Shown here: positions 11,576-26,744 of the stretch, in pieces
Numbering within the stretch: the stretch's first letter is position 1
Layout of the letters: each line of letters starts with the position of its first letter
DNA from: Eledone cirrhosa
Taxonomy: Eukaryota
DNA: 64,000 nt
Assembly: GCA_964016885.1 (NCBI GenBank)
Contig: OZ024740.1
Coordinates: forward strand, 109,616,001-109,680,000
Direction: 5' to 3'
Translations under genes and position numbers: made by a program
The notes under the pieces: model-generated
Databases searched by the model: none
What the model saw: only the letters and a program-made list of their open reading frames with translations
Told to the model about the DNA's origin: nothing

Positions 11576-14188
11576 GTAACCTAAAATGTAATTTGTGTTG
11601 ATCTGAGTGCCTCTTAATAACAAAGTCTAATCTAAATTTATTGAATAGGAAATCTGAAATAGTGTCAAGCTGCCCTCACAGAAATTCTTATTCTTTTGTG
11701 ACCCTACTTAATAAACAATTATTTTAGGTCTGTATATTGTCATTTCAATCCATCCATATTCTTAACAAGTGACATACTATTTCTATCACAATTGATAATC
11801 CTATGACACTAGTATTAGAATTAAGTCCACTTAAATTCCTTTAACTATATGTAGATCTACACAAGGGTTTTTTACACTCAAATACATAGATAAGGTTATT
11901 AACCCTTATATGACCTAGTGTACATTAATATTGATGGTCACCATCTAACTTATAGTATGAAAACATGCATTGGTTGAGTTTGTGATAGAACACAGAATAT
12001 TGAAGATCCAGATGTCTTTTCATATACCCCCCATAATAGTGTTTTACCACCATAAACAATGTTTAGTCTAATACTGCTGTTAAACTGTATTTGAGGCAAT
12101 ATGTCACACATTCAAATGAACACGCTATAGCATGTTAGCATTCTGTAAGTATATACTTGTGTTTGCATACAGGAACAATAATTACAGCATGTGGACTTAT
12201 TATTCTCTACACATTAGACTTTTTGTAGCTTAAATCACATTGCATAATGTTAAACATGAATGCTCTTCACTGCCTTGCTTATGTATCTCTCACATTTGGT
12301 TTTTAAAAAATTATGTTCACCTTGTGTCTGTAATTGACTAGTTATCACATGCCTACATGGTAATTAGGACATTTATTCCCCAAATCTAAAATTTATTTCT
12401 TGTGGAGATTTGTGAAATGTGACTGCATTGGTTGTTGATTTAAGTAATGAATTACTTAATCTGCAAATTTTTATTTATGTTTGCAATTACATTTCGATAA
12501 ATCGAAACAGTTGTAGAAATTAATAAAATGATTCGGACTATAAAATCTTTGGTTTTTTTCACTAAATGAATTATTATGCTCAGTATTTTTTCATAAGTGA
12601 TTATCACACTGAGCTTTTACGCACTTGGCAGTGAATGAGAGTTATACCCACACCTATTGATCTCCTATATATATGGTTGGCGTTAGGAAGAGCATCTAGT
12701 CATAGAAACCAAGCCAGAAACAGTTCTGTATGAGCAAGACATGGTCATCTGATCTGACTTGTCTCACAACGGGACAACTCGTCTAACCCATGCTAGCATG
12801 GATAAATAGTGGTGATGATGATAATATATATATATATATGCATGTTTGTCTCTGTGCATAAATAATGCAGGTGAATATAAATAAGGATCTGTGTTATGTA
12901 TGCAAAGTCTATACGTTTTTGTATACATGTGTATATGTACTGTCATAGAACAATACATACAAACACACAATAATTATATATACATACACACATACACATT
13001 TGTGTCTCGGGTTTTTTCCAATATTTATTTTCCTCTCAAAGCTATTTCTCTGTCTCTTGGCTGTTTTTTTTGGTTTTGTTTTTACATTTTTGATTTTGTT
13101 CATCCTGACCATTTCCAATTTCCTCCTCAAAGATATTCAAAGTGATATGACGTTAACCCAGCTTCAACATCACAGTCAATAACAGATCAATGCACATGCA
13201 CTTCACTTGATTTCAAACAGCTCACACTTATCACAATAGCAGCCTTTTAGATTTTTACTGAAGTCACTATCACACCCCTTGATCTGGCATCCCCTCCTTC
13301 CCCCACCCCTTCACCAAACACCTGCTGCTGTTACTCCCCTACAGTGTAATTACAAATTCTTTTACAGATAACAAATATACAGAAACAAAAACAACAATAA
13401 TGATGATAATTCCTTCTAACATTGGCACAAGGCCAGCAATTTGGGTAGAGAGAAAGTAGATTATATTGACCTCAATACAATGACTGGTACTTTATTCTAT
13501 TGACCCCGGAAGGATGAACGGCAGAATTCAAACTCAGAACATAAAGAATCAGAACAAATATTGCTAAGCATTTATCTGACACTTTAACCACCCTAATAAT
13601 AATTGTTTCTACTTTAGGCACAAGGCCAGCAATTTGAGGGGAAGGGGAAGGGGAAAGTTGATTAAATCGCTTCCAGTGTATTACTGGTACTATATTTTAT
13701 CATCCCCGTAAGGATGAAAGGTAAAGCTAACCTCGGCGGAATTTGAACTCTGTAATACAGAAGACCTGACTTCCCATGGGTACAAGCATATAGACAGTAT
13801 ACCCCCACCCCCTCCCACTGTAAAGTGGTATGTAGGTGTCAGGACAAAAAAGCACCCAGTCCACACTGTAAAGGCGCCACAGTAAAAAGTATCCAGTACT
13901 CACTGTAAATGAGGTTGGCGTTAGGAAGGGCTTCCAGTTGTGGAAATCAAGCCATGAGCAAGTCATGGTCACCTGACCTGGCATTGCCCACAACAGGACA
14001 ATCCGTCTAACCCATGCTAGCATGGAAGAATGAATGTAAAATGGTGATGATGATGATGATAAATGTAAATGTTTATAACTCTATTCAGCAAAGCACACCA
14101 CCCTAATAATAATAATAATAATAACAACAGCAACAATGATTTAACGTTTAGGTATAAGGCCAGCAATTTTGGATGAGGGGACAGTCGA

Positions 14189-14403
14189 TTAACCTTTTGA
14201 CCATATTTCTATTTTTGATTTTCAAATAATTTTGAAAATAATCAAGAATTTAGGATGATCTTGTAATATAACTATTTTCCCATTATTTAGCTGGTGCTTG
14301 GAACATTACTTAACAAAAGTCTTTACATGAATGTATGTGGGAAGATATTTTTGAGACATAAAACTAAGGGCAATTTAAAGTGGTTTGGTATCAAAAGGGT
14401 TAA
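14189..14403. mobile_element. piggyBac-type non-autonomous element (representative of many copies)
   Basis: Ends ttaacctttt... and ...gtatcaaaagggttaa (TTAA plus CCC/GGG termini). Related copies at ~6465-6690, 14725-15708, 31020-31273, 32265-32660, 40370-40839, 43030-43270 and 50877-51499. Confidence 0.6.
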
Positions 14404-14864
14404 TTCAGCCCTAGGAATTAACTGATACTTTATTTTATTATCACCCATGGAAGGACGAAAGGCAAAGTTGACCTCAGCAAGATTTGAACTCAGAAGATAA
14501 AGAGCCAGAACAAATACTCTGAAGCCTTTGTCCAGCTCTCTAACAATTCTGCCAATCTACCACCTAAATAACAACAATAAAAACAACAACATTAAAAGAA
14601 ATATTTCTAAATACTATTGATAACAATATTGCCTTTGTGTTTGTTGTAGGTCACTGGAACTATGATTGTTTAGTGAAGGGGGATAACTCAAATGTGCCAT
14701 TGGCATGAATTTAGGTAAATTAAGCTAACCCTCTTTATACCAAACTGCCTGAAACCATCCATGCCTTTATGAAAGAAAACTGTTTTAAAAAGATTTATAT
14801 CTACCTAAGACCATTATAATATTATGCAAGAACCTTTACCTATGGGTATTAACCAAAAGAATAT

Positions 14865-15245
14865 GATCATGAATACAAGTGACTGAAATAGGGTTCCTCC
14901 GAAGGGTCTTTGAAGTAACATTACTCAATAGAGTGCTTAGCTTGGAAGTCAGAGAGTTGCTCCTGGAAGAGCTGCTACTTCTCCGAATTGAGAAATCACA
15001 ACTCTGATATTACAGATATGTGGTTAGAATGTCTAAAGATAGAATCAGACATATTTTATAGGCAAAACCAACTAGCAGGAGGCCCAGGGGTAGACCTCAA
15101 GCAAGATGATTGGAAAACATCCAAGAGCTCAGCTGGTCATGTTTGGGGGTCCAGCCAGATCAATGGGAGAGAGTTGCTTCTGACAGAACCCATTGGAAGA
15201 AGTGTTTGAGGGCTTTGCCCCCACAACCCTCTCGTCTTGCCTGAG
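14865..15245 (+). mobile_element. Degenerate RTE (Expander-like) C-terminal fragment
   Basis: Remnant IQ..E.GFLRR...LLLRIE.SQL...KP.GR.PRGRP..RW; a homologous fragment lies at ~30440-30660. Confidence 0.6.
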
Positions 15246-18200
15246 GACTTGTCTAACTATAGGACAACTCGTCTAATCCATGCTAGGATGAATAAATGAT
15301 GGCTAGGATGACATATATAGGTGTGTGTGTGTGTGCATGTTTGTCTCTCTGCATAAATAATACAGGTGAACGTTTGTTCTAAACACCAGCTTAATAATGA
15401 GAAAATTAATTATATCTTTCAATAGCAACACACCTGGAACCAATCTTGTTCTGTGATAAAACCTTCCATCATAATTTTATGTAAAATCTTTATTGTCATC
15501 TTCTTAACACTGACTAACCAAAAAAGTTATTTTACTAAAACCTTCCAAATTATTAATTATTTCCAAAATTAATTGAAACATATTCAATGTATTTCATGAA
15601 AAATATGGTCATATTACCAAACCCCTCTAAATTTTTTTATAATTTTAAAAATGATTCGAAAACTATAAGCAGTGGCTTCCATTAGAAATATGGTAATGAA
15701 TGGGTTAAGACAGCAGGATGTGATTTGAAGGTGATATGACTGCTAGTACTAGCAGGTCAAGTGACTACATGATTAAACTTAAGTGATTCCAAGTAACTGC
15801 GAAGGTGCATGGCTAAGTAGTTTAGGTTGTTTGATTCATTATTGTATAGTCCTGAGTTTGATCATTGGCCTGGGCAGTATGTTGTGTCCTTCAGCAAGAC
15901 ACTTCATTTCATCTTGCTCCAGACCATTTAGCTGACAAAAATGAGTTGTACCTGTAATTCAAGGGGTCAGTTTTGTTACACAATCACTCTACATGAGGTT
16001 ACATGTGTCTGACTTTACTTTAAGGGTACACGTATCTGTGGAATGCTCATCTAGCTGTATGTTAATTTCAAGAGCAGGCTGTTTCGTTGATCAAAACAAT
16101 TGATGCACTCATTGTTAGAACCAACAAAGGTCCAACAACAACTGTACTTAATTCAGCCTCCTGCCATCCATCACTCTTGAACATAGCCCCGTGATACTTG
16201 AAGTTTTATTTAACTCTTCCCTATTTTTAATGAAATGAGTTGGTAATAGTGGAGGGCTGTTGTGGTAAGTTGTGACTTGCTGTGGCAAGTGGTAGTTAGT
16301 TGAAGTTAGTGTTGGTTTATGGTGGCTAATGATGGGTTGTTGGTGTTAGTGTAGGCTTATTGTGGCTAGTGGTGGCCTATTGTGGTTAGTTGTGGAATGT
16401 ATTGACTAGCATCGGCTAGAAAGGACAATACAGTAGAGAGAGAGAGATGTATGTATGTATTGGTATAAACTACAAATGGTAGTGGAAAAACTAGTTTAAT
16501 GAAAGTAGTTTCCAGCTGAAGTGGCATTCATAATTTGTTTTACCTGATTCAATTTTTGTTTTTTACTTTTTTGTTTTTTTTTAAATATTTTTTGTTTTCT
16601 ATGTATATTTATCTATCTAATCTATTTAGCCCAGGTCAGACTTAATGTAGCCAATTCACTATTATTAAAGATATTCCAGCCTTGGGGACCATGTATATAG
16701 AGCCAAACTGTCTTGTGTCCTTTTACGGAACATAACTTTTGTAGGTAGCCAGTCTGGGAGGTCAGTGGCCCTGCTTCAGTACTGACTTTGTCTATGGAGA
16801 CCCACCCAACCCTTGCTAGCAGGGAAAGCGGACCTTAAATGATGATGATGAACTTGGAGGACCGTGCATAAGAATCATGATGAAAGGTTTTTAGATAAAT
16901 ATAAATGTTTTAAAATAAAGTCTTGAATCATAGAATTAGGAGTGGTTTCAGGTTGTTTGGTATTAAAAATATTAAAAATTCTAATATAACTGGAACAATG
17001 GTTATAAAAGTTGAAGTATAAATTTATAATGTAGCTAAATAAGCTGTAGGTTTGTGCATGTGATGGTTGATATTTAATCCGTCAGATACTAAACCACTAG
17101 AAACTGCCTCAGATTCTATGAAAAAAATTACAGCTTACACCTATATAAGTTTTGTTGGCCACCTTACATGTTTACATCCTATAGGAGGTATCTCATGTGT
17201 TTTAATGATAGGAGCTCCAGTCCTGTCATGAAAACTAATATGAATGAGGCATCTTGCTCAAGAACACAACGTGCTTCCTGGTCCAGGAATTGAACCTATG
17301 ATCTTATGATAATCAATCCATTACTCTAACTACTGGGCCACATACCTTCACTGTGGTTCTATGATACAAAGCTGAATGTTTTGAAGTGTTCAACATTTAA
17401 ATTTAAGCCTTCTATCATAACTTTATGTAAGAAAAATTTCTTTTTGTTAATACCAGCTGAAAAATGAAAACATTTCATAGAATCCCTCAAAATTATTGAT
17501 TCTTATTAGAATTGAAGGTTAAAGAGAAAATTTGTATAATTTAGTAGGTAGGAGGTGGGATTTATAAGCAAAGACAGGGAGGTGTGAAGGATAATATATC
17601 TTGGCTTAATTGAGGAGTAATTATTTTAGCATAATATATTTTGTTTGTGTATAGACACCCTCACACAAACACGCAACAAATACAGACAGATAAAAAGAGA
17701 ATGCTATCTATCTATAATAATAATGGCAGTCAGGCCTGTTATTTTGCCAATTAAAATATAAATGATAATGATATATATAATCAGCATTTGCCATCAGTTT
17801 CTTTTCTTCTCAATACTGGCATGGTTTTGTTGGGTCTCCTAATATCTCACCACTTGTCATGATTCTCCATTATCTGGCACAAATACTAACAGAGAGAACT
17901 GCCAACCTTTTGTTGTTATGTATGTCATGTTTATTTTTATTGATCCCTGGAGGACAGAAGGGAAAGTTAACCTTTGAACACAGAACATAAAGTGCCATAA
18001 CAAGTTGCTGTAAAGCACTTTGTCTGATGCTCTACTGGTTCAGCCAATACACGATCATATTATGATAATAATGGTTTTTGATTTAGGCAAAAGACCAACA
18101 ATTTTAGGGGAGGGGGAAAATTGATTAAATCAACCCTGGTGCATTACTGGTACTTTATTTTATCTACCCCGTAAAGATGAAAGGGATTTTAAACTCAGAA

Positions 18201-18929
18201 AACAAAGGGCTGTAAAAATGTCTTGAAGCATATTGTCTGAAGCTCTACTGTCAATTCACCACCCTCTTATAATAATAATAATTTCTTTATTGGCCAAATA
18301 AAAAAATGACTTTTCATAATAATACTTATGTAATACTTTGTGTGTGTGTATATAGTAATGGATTTTATCCTACTGTGTGTCACCTTGAGCAAGTATCTTC
18401 TACTGTATTCTCATGTCGACTAATGCCTTGTCAGTGAATTTAGTAGATAGAAACTGTAAGGGAACTAATTGTGTGTGTGTGTGTGTGCCAGTGTTTGTCT
18501 TTTACCTGCGCTTATTTTTGCATCTGACATTGCTTCATACTCATCATTTTGAAGCAATGTTTTACAGCCAGATGCCCTTCCTGATACCAACACTTTTACA
18601 ACACACAGCAATGCACTGTACCTATTCTAAACTGGATACCTGAATTCATTTCAGGTCAGTGCATAATAAGACTTTTACTGAATTTTACTGTTCAATAACC
18701 AAAGTTTGATAAAGAAATTTAAAAAAACTGTTGTAATCCACATCACATATTCAATAAAGCCTGCGGACTGGATGAAATGAAACTGAGGGCTACATTTGGT
18801 TTGTGGGCCTGTATTTACCAACCTTTGTTCAAGAACATATGGGAAGGGATATATGAATAAATGAGAGAAGAAACAGACAAAATAAAATATATAGAGAGAG
18901 AGAGAGAAATACTGTATTTGTTTACTTAC

Positions 18930-19028
18930 TTAAACTTCAATAGTGACCAGCTTTTCTACAAGGCTGTTAATCTCTTCAATAAGAAGAGTCTTCTGCCTCC
19001 AACTTGCAGGTATGCTTTCCACTCCGTA
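18930..19028 (-). CDS. SELENOJ: Last coding exon of the same SelJ/J1-crystallin-like gene
   Basis: Acceptor tcatcatttcag|TAC, phase 0, compatible with the upstream exon. It reads YGVESIPASWRQKTLLIEEINSLVEKLVTIEV*, continuing the family motif GA..Q-xGxxxIPxxW. It is absent from the ORF track because it is too short. Confidence 0.85.
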   Translation of the reverse strand, partial: YGVESIPASWRQKTLLIEEINSLVEKLVTIEV

Positions 19029-22000
19029 CTGAAATGATGATAAAACAATATCAAACATATTGGATATCATGACACAACAATAGCAATAGCAACAACAAAT
19101 AGTTTGAGATTATTTTGCCTGCTAAAGCAGGAGTTAGCTTTGGCAGCTTCCTTACAAGCTTCTTCACTTTGTCCTACCATCTGCATTTCCTCCTCTATCA
19201 TCCCTAACCATGTCTTTCTTGGTCTTCCCTTTCCTCTGTTTCCTTCCACATTCATTTCTATCATTCCTTTCATTCAGTCACTTTCATCTTTCTTCAACAC
19301 ATGACCCAACCATCTCATTCCATTTTTCTTTGCTACTGATTGGAAAAGACCCTGCAGTGTGGTCTAGTATGTGACAACTACTTTAGTGCTTCTGCCACAA
19401 TAAAATTCACCCAGTACACACTGTAAAGTGGTCGTACTGGTGACAGGAAAAACACACTCAAGCTAGTATCACAAAAAAAAAAAAACCGTAAAAAACTCCA
19501 AAACATCCAGTACAGCCTGTAAGATGGTTGGTGTTAGGAAAGGCATCTAGCTATAGAAACCATGCCAAACACGAATTGTAACAAGCCAGATTGGTTGCTT
19601 GGACCTGTCTCATCTCAGACTGTGACAATGCATCCAACCCATGCCAATGTGGAAAGGGGACCTAAAATGATGATCATGATGATGATACCATATTTCTAAT
19701 GAAAGACACTTACATTCAAATAATTTTGAAAATAATCAGGAATTTAAGGGATTTAGTAATATAATATGGTACATTGCATCATCATCATCGTTTAATGTCC
19801 ATCTTCCATGGGTTAGACGGTTTTGTTCCATTTGATGTGGGAATCGTCGGGAGACCGTGTCTCGCTAAACCATGTCTCACTCATACGGAAGTGTATGCAT
19901 ATGTATATAAAATATAAACTCATATACATATAAATATATACATGAGTGTATATAGAACAGTGAAAGTGAGAGAGAATTTTTAACTGAAATACTATAAAAA
20001 AACAACACATGTATATGAAATAAACAATCTATCAAGTTCTTTCTTTTCCTTTCCTCCCATTATACAACCAATACATAGACAGACCCCCCTCCCTCCTGTT
20101 TTTTTTACTGTAATCCCACATATCTACAAGATACTGTCATTTAGAGTGAGGAGACATTTTCCTCTAAACCTTGGTCTCCTCCATATCTCTCTTTCTTACA
20201 CATACATTCACTTATTCACACATATAGACATGCATACAAGTACATTTATCCCTTTTCAATTGTTTTAACTGGAGCCCCTTTTGTCTGGTTTTAAATGGAA
20301 AGGGTAAAGAATATATGTCAGAGGCTGACAGGGGTTAATTGCTAGACAATGTCTGAATCAAAAAGAAATTAGGGTTCAAAGTCACTCAAATGATGAACCA
20401 TGAATGAAGCAAACAGGAAGCAGGAAGTTTGTCCCCAGTTATAACAAGCACCCGCCTCCTAGTGCCCGCCCTGCCATTAATGAGGTACTCCCAAGAATCA
20501 GCAAGTTTGATACAATTGGTTATAAAGATCAAGTACACAGATCAGAGGATACACTTTAGCAATGGATCTCCTACATTCAAATAAAATTGATTTTCTCTTT
20601 CAAAAATGAAATTACTCTTTTTCAGTCTATATTCATCTGTCAGCCCATATCGGGAGAATAAGAAATATTGCTTTCTTAATACCCAGGGACAGGAAGTGCG
20701 AGAAAGTAAAGGTAATTCTCTTCCCTAGATGGCAAATTGGCAAAATAGTAAGAGGATCATATTAAATACCAGATTAAATTCAGGCTTTTTGGACTTTCAG
20801 TTCAAATCCTGCCAAGGTAAGTTTTGCCTTTGATCTTTTTGAGGTTGATAAATAAAGTACCAGTCCAGGGGCAGTTTATTGGTAGAATTGTTAAAGAGTC
20901 AGATGAGATGTTTTGCAGTGTCTAATTTGACTCTGTGTATTCTGAGTTCAAATCCTGCTTCTTTATGTCAGGAATTACAACTGGTAGATAGTATCAGAAA
21001 TGGTCCAATCTGTTAAAAATCTGTAGATTCTTTCCTAATATCAGAGGATGTGAAGTAGGTAATATTAACTCTCCCCAGTCTGCTAGAGAAGCTTATAGAT
21101 GTTGCTTCCTTACAACATAGTACAGTTGTGCCTGATAATAATGTATGTTAGGTGAACCCTGTATTTAACCAAGCATAATTGATAAATATTTTTAACACTG
21201 ACAAATGAAAACCACACCTAAATTCACCTTTCATGCTACACACATAGACATGAAATAAACTTCCATCTGTTTCAACGATGTGTGAACCATTTTTATTCTC
21301 TCAATAGAACAGCCTGTTCAAAAAATTGTGTATGTGGCTGCGCATTCTGCAGACACTCATACCATTAACATAATTCTCAGGAGAGATTCAGCATGTCATG
21401 GCTAGCCTTGTAAAGTACAGGTACAGTTCATACAAAGGGACTGCCAAACAATTTCTGTCTGCCCAGTTTCATTCCCAAGGAAATGGATTGATCCAAAGCT
21501 GTGGTAAATTATACTTGTCCAGGATTCCATGCAATGGAATTAAACATGGGACTAAATGTTTGTGAAGAAAACTCAACAATTTAGCCATGCTGCATCCACA
21601 CACATACACATATCTATGTACACATATCTATATACACATATATGTACACATATCTATTATCATCATCATCAACGTTTAACATCTATCTTCCACGCTAGCA
21701 TGGGTTTAGATGGGAAAAATATTAAGGTCTCACCGAGATATATACATACATATGTATATGCACATATGTGTATATGTACACATATCTATATACATATGTA
21801 TATGCACATATATGTAACCACTCATGAATAACCAGAGCCAGTTTAGACAAAACAAAAAGCACTAGACCATCCCCACCCCCCCTCTTGTTCCTTCACTCAA
21901 ATTCTTCTTTCTCATTCATGTTCCTTCACTCAAACACTTTTCCTCTCCTTTATTTCTTCACTCGAAACTATTTCCCTCTTACACTTGTTCTTTCACTCAA

Positions 22001-22334
22001 ATTCTTCCCTCTCTCATATTCCTTCACTGAAATATCTTGCATCTATTTCATTCCTCCATTCAAAACTCTTTCCCCTCAAACACCATCTTTACCCTCTTGT
22101 TCCCTCACTCACACTTTCCTTTCACACACACCTGTGTAACTGCCATTGTTCTCTCTCAATATTCTATCCATATTTTCACCCACACTCTCTTTTTCATACC
22201 TTCTACTCCTCCCTATAGATTTTTTTCTCTTCTTTCTTGCTCCTCCCTCCCACTCTTTCTCTATTTCCTTTTATGACTTCTACATTTTTCTCATTCATAA
22301 TACCTTCTCTCACTTGCTCTCTCCATTCCCCCAC

Positions 22335-22388
<54 letters not shown>

Positions 22389-22392
<4 letters not shown>

Positions 22393-25300
22393 TTCAAAAT
22401 ATTAACAAAATAGATATTCTTGTGATCAAGTATATTTTATTATACATATTTCAGAGGTACTGAGTTAACTTCAACAGTACATCCTCATCAGATAAAATAA
22501 GATGATGCATGCCATACCCTAACATAGTAGATGGTTAAGATTCAGTCATGATAGTGAGTAATATATGACAAAACTCAATATTTATATACCTTAATATTGA
22601 GAACATGAGAAAAATATATAATACAAACAATAGAGAGGGTGCGTGTGAGACAGCTTAAAAAATACTTGGCTTCAATATAACTGTTAAATAATTTAAATTA
22701 CTGAAGAGGAAAGAAAGGAAAGCATAGAGGAAGAAACAGATGAGGGGATAATATAGTTAGTAGGGGCCTAGAAAAGCAAAAGAGAGTTGATTACAGAGAG
22801 AGAGATAAAGAGGAATAACTTATGTTCAAGTCTTTAGACAATTATCCATATATACAACATATATCTAAACATATCTGGTTGACCATTAATATTTAAAATA
22901 TTTAATTTAAGTTAGTTCAGAGTAATGAATAATATTTTAGGTTTTAAAAGTTAATAGGTATCTGTATTAATATTAAAGTATACTATCAAATTTAATTTCT
23001 AAAATCAAATTTTATGAAATCAAATTTAAAAGATTTACAAACACGAGAAAGAAAACATAATGTTTGTACAACCTCATGAAGGTAAACTTTACCAAATGTA
23101 TCATATAATATTGACAATAGTTTATATAATATAATTTAGAAAATAATTAGAGTTATAATTTTTAAAGAATTTATGATTAACAATTTGAATACCTAAAGGA
23201 TCAACAGGCCTTATAATTAAACTTATAAAGGTCTGAATTTTAAATTACATATATGTGTTTATCAAAAAAAATACACAAAGATTATATTGTCTAAAGACTT
23301 AAGATGATACCTTTCAAATATACGTAACATAATACAATATAGTAAATAAGTTACTGAAAATATTGTTAAAATTTAATGTTTTAGATCAATTATTGTAAAA
23401 GGATCATTTAAAAGATATATACTATAAATATATAAGTCAAAACTTCATGAGTCCTAAGGATTAGATATAAAATAAAAAGTGAAAAAAATAAAAAGTGAAA
23501 AAATAAGAAGTGAAAAGAAAAAGTGAAAAAATAATGAATTGTTTGCGAAACATAAAAATGCCCAATATTTAAAAAATATAGTTTAAAATGCATGAAGGTT
23601 TTATTATATAGTAGACAAAAGATACTTCTAAAATGTCCAATGAAGGTGATAGAAAGAGGAGCTAAGGATTTGAATAACCCGGAGGTAATCTAAATTTAAT
23701 TAAAATAAAATAAATTAAATTAAATTAAATTAAGTAATAATCATTATATAATTTCAAACATTAAGGAAATATCTAACACTTATAACAATAGAGAGTCATT
23801 TGAGTATCTAAATTACTTATAAATATAACTACGAGCATGTTATTATACTAGATAAACATATTTGTTCAAATATATAGAGAGAGTATTATAGATATTAGTG
23901 AAACGATATACATATAATAAATAAATAAATAATTACAATCATTATTAGTAATGTTATAATTGTAGTTTTACCTCCAGTTCAGTGGAAAGAGATACCAATA
24001 TTTGTCGACTAGTATGGTTTGTGATATTTATACCTAAATATATATAAAAAATATATATGTGCAAATCTAACTTTCTGAGTCCCAACACATACCCAAAATG
24101 AGTAAAATATATAAATGCATGAATGATTTATGGTTCCATTATAACCGGTAATCTTACAAGTTATATATCCAAATTATATATTTAAAACAAAGACAAATAT
24201 ATATACGGATCCGAATCTAAATTATAAATATCTAAAATAATTTAAAGGTGTGCATATACATCAAGAGAACAAGTTAACAAATAATATGTTTATATACCTA
24301 AATAGTATCCTTCATTCTAACATTAATTCTATCATAAATGATTAGAAAATAAAGTATTATTAAAGTGTTATAAGCTGTTATAACGTTTTAGGTACAACAG
24401 TTGATAAGAGACGTCAAAAATTAAAACCTGTTTGTTTAGTGTTTTCTCCTGACTTTTTGCGTGGCTTGGAATGTAGACAAAGCTTTATGAAGGCAGTTTG
24501 AGAATAATTCACTTATTTTGTTAATTAAGTTTTCATAATTATTAATTATTAATAGGGTCTCCTTAGTACAGAGGTTGCAGTTAGTTGATATAGACGAATT
24601 CGAATCGATTCTACTATTACAAAGCTTCGTCCAAAAAATCGAGTATTTTAAATTTTTGATCTTTTAATGACCATATAAGTTGTGATAAAGAATTCGAAGA
24701 CTTCCTATTAGGATTCGAAAACGAGCATTTGTGATTCGCAAATCTCAATTTAAATGTCGAAGAAGTTGCCCCTATGTAGTTGTATGTGATGTTATTTGCT
24801 TTTACAGTGCATTTATGCACTAAATTTCTATCCAGACAATTATTTTGCAGAGGGCAATCTGGTTTATTTCTACAATTACATTTCGATTTATTATTATTTA
24901 TATTAGCACTATTATTAACACTATTATGCTGATTTTGGTTTAGAATTCTACTATTTAGTTTAGCGATGTTTTGGGCCATATTCATAGTTGTAGAATAAGA
25001 AAGCTTAATTGTGTGTCTATTAAATATGGAACGGTATTTATGTTGACTAGGGAAGGGATTATCTAAAGCCTTAAAGAATAGATTAGCTAGTGGTGTTTTT
25101 ACTGCTACAGAAGCGGGGGGGGGACCATATAACTGATTTAGTTCTGGTTTTTTCCCCCGATGTATTCACAGTACAGGTGTTTGAATTATAATTTTTGGAA
25201 TTTTGTTTATACATGCCAGTCATATTATTATTATTTTTATCAGGATTAAGATTCGAATTATTATTGTCTATATATTCTATATTATTTTTATAACCTGCCT

Positions 25301-26700
25301 TTCTTAGCGCATCATTGTAATATCCTGCTTTTTCATCAAATATTGATTTATTCGCAGATATTCTAGTTATGCATTTCTGTACACTATTGACAATAGCATT
25401 TTTCACAGATTTAGGGTGATTAGAGTAATAAGTAACGTAATTTAAGTTTTCATTGGAAGGGGTAATAAAAACCAGAGTTTAAGTTAAGGGTAACATCAAG
25501 GAAATTAACTATTTTGGTACCACTTTCAACCTCTAATTTAAGGTCGTAATTTTTAAAGAATTCAATTATATTTTTCTTAACCCTATTTAGTTCTGTATTG
25601 CTGTGTTTGACAACCGTAAATAAAATATCGTCCCTATATAAACCACCGGTAATCTCCGGCAGTTTTCTATTTACCATATTTAAGATGAAAATCCCCAGAA
25701 GATCCGTGACTTGCGCTGAGTTCGATGATCCCATGGTCATGTCAAAGTTTCTATTTCTATATGAGCGGGTCCAATACTCATTGTTGAAATTAATTAGAGT
25801 TCTTCTAGCAGTTAATATGATATTGATTTCATCCGTAGTTAGATCTGTATGTTTGTAAGCGTAGGATAAAGCCTTATTTAGTAGGTTAGGCGTAATGGAA
25901 GAGTAATAGCTTGTTATGTCCATTTGGATGAATTTATGGTTTTTCTTATCATCTATTTTTATACCAATCAATCACTTCATTTGTATCCTTCCACAAGCTC
26001 AATTTAGACCTCAATTTCAAAATAGGTAGAATTCTATCAATAATATTCTTACTGATTACTCCAATATCCGATTTAGATGGAGCAATCAGTCTAACTGGCA
26101 GGTCTTCCTCAAAGTTTCTTTTGTGATCTTTAAAATTGATCCTCGGCTGTCTAGGTATAACAGGCTCAGTTCTTCCTTCAATTCCTAATTTTGCAATTAA
26201 TTTATATGCATCATTATTGATGTCTGTAAGATCTTCAGCCGGGGCTTTTTTATAATTTTTCCTTATTCTTTTAAAATCAAATCATTATATTCACCTTTAT
26301 TTATCCCATATAAATTATTTGTTTTGTCTGATTTCACCAATATTTTATTAACTTTTTTATATCCGAGATTTTTTCTTTTAAAGTTCTAAGGTATTGGTGA
26401 CCTTTATATGGATGTATCCTGAATTTAATTTTCTTAAGTATATTGAGCATTTCAGTTTCAAAATTCTCCAGGAGTTTGTTGTATGGAGGATTCTTTCTGG
26501 ATTTAAAGATAGTTTTGAAATAATTGCTGTTGGTTTTTCTTTTAGCTTCTTTATTATCAAAATGAAATGCGCGCCATCTCACTCTTCTTATAAAAGAGTT
26601 TGTTTGTTCTATAAGTTTCCCCATGTATTCCTCATTAGATGGTATAGGTATATCCTTGAGGGATGTTGGGAAGGTGAAGAATTCCATAATTTATTAAATA
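22389..26700 (-). mobile_element. Penelope-like retroelement (Neptune-type), near full-length and frameshifted
   Basis: ORF pieces from 26687 to ~24450 show SLKDIPIPS, FIQMDITSYYSSI, MGS, LYRDD, VNFLDVTL, a Cys linker CNCRNKPDCPLQNNC and a GIY-YIG motif (LVHKC...YIG). A ~2 kb AT-rich 3' region ends in a hammerhead next to (TA)n. Confidence 0.9.
22433..22499 (-). ncRNA. Type I hammerhead ribozyme motif (Penelope pLTR)
   Basis: Minus strand: TATTTTAT-CTGATGA-GGATGTACTG(loop)CAGTACCTCT-GAAA-TATGTAT-A-ATAAAATA. It has an 8 bp stem I, an intact core, stem II and a self-complementary stem III. Confidence 0.8.
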
Positions 26701-26744
26701 TGCAATCTGTTGTAGAGAAAAGCGCTCAACCTGCTGGGAGCTAG

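Noticed and set aside
11706-11745. SECIS-like ATGAC-helix-AAAA on the minus strand
   Set aside because: The 3' side reads AAGT, lacking the required NGAN.
12064-12110. SECIS-like hairpin on the minus strand (GTGAC ATATTGC...AAA...GCAGTAT TAGAC)
   Set aside because: Only ~7 bp of helix II, and the 3' GA is out of register with the quartet.
14650-14714. Plus-strand exon-like segment (ttgttgtag...AG|gtaaat)
   Set aside because: Stops in all three frames and no partner exons; chance or non-coding.
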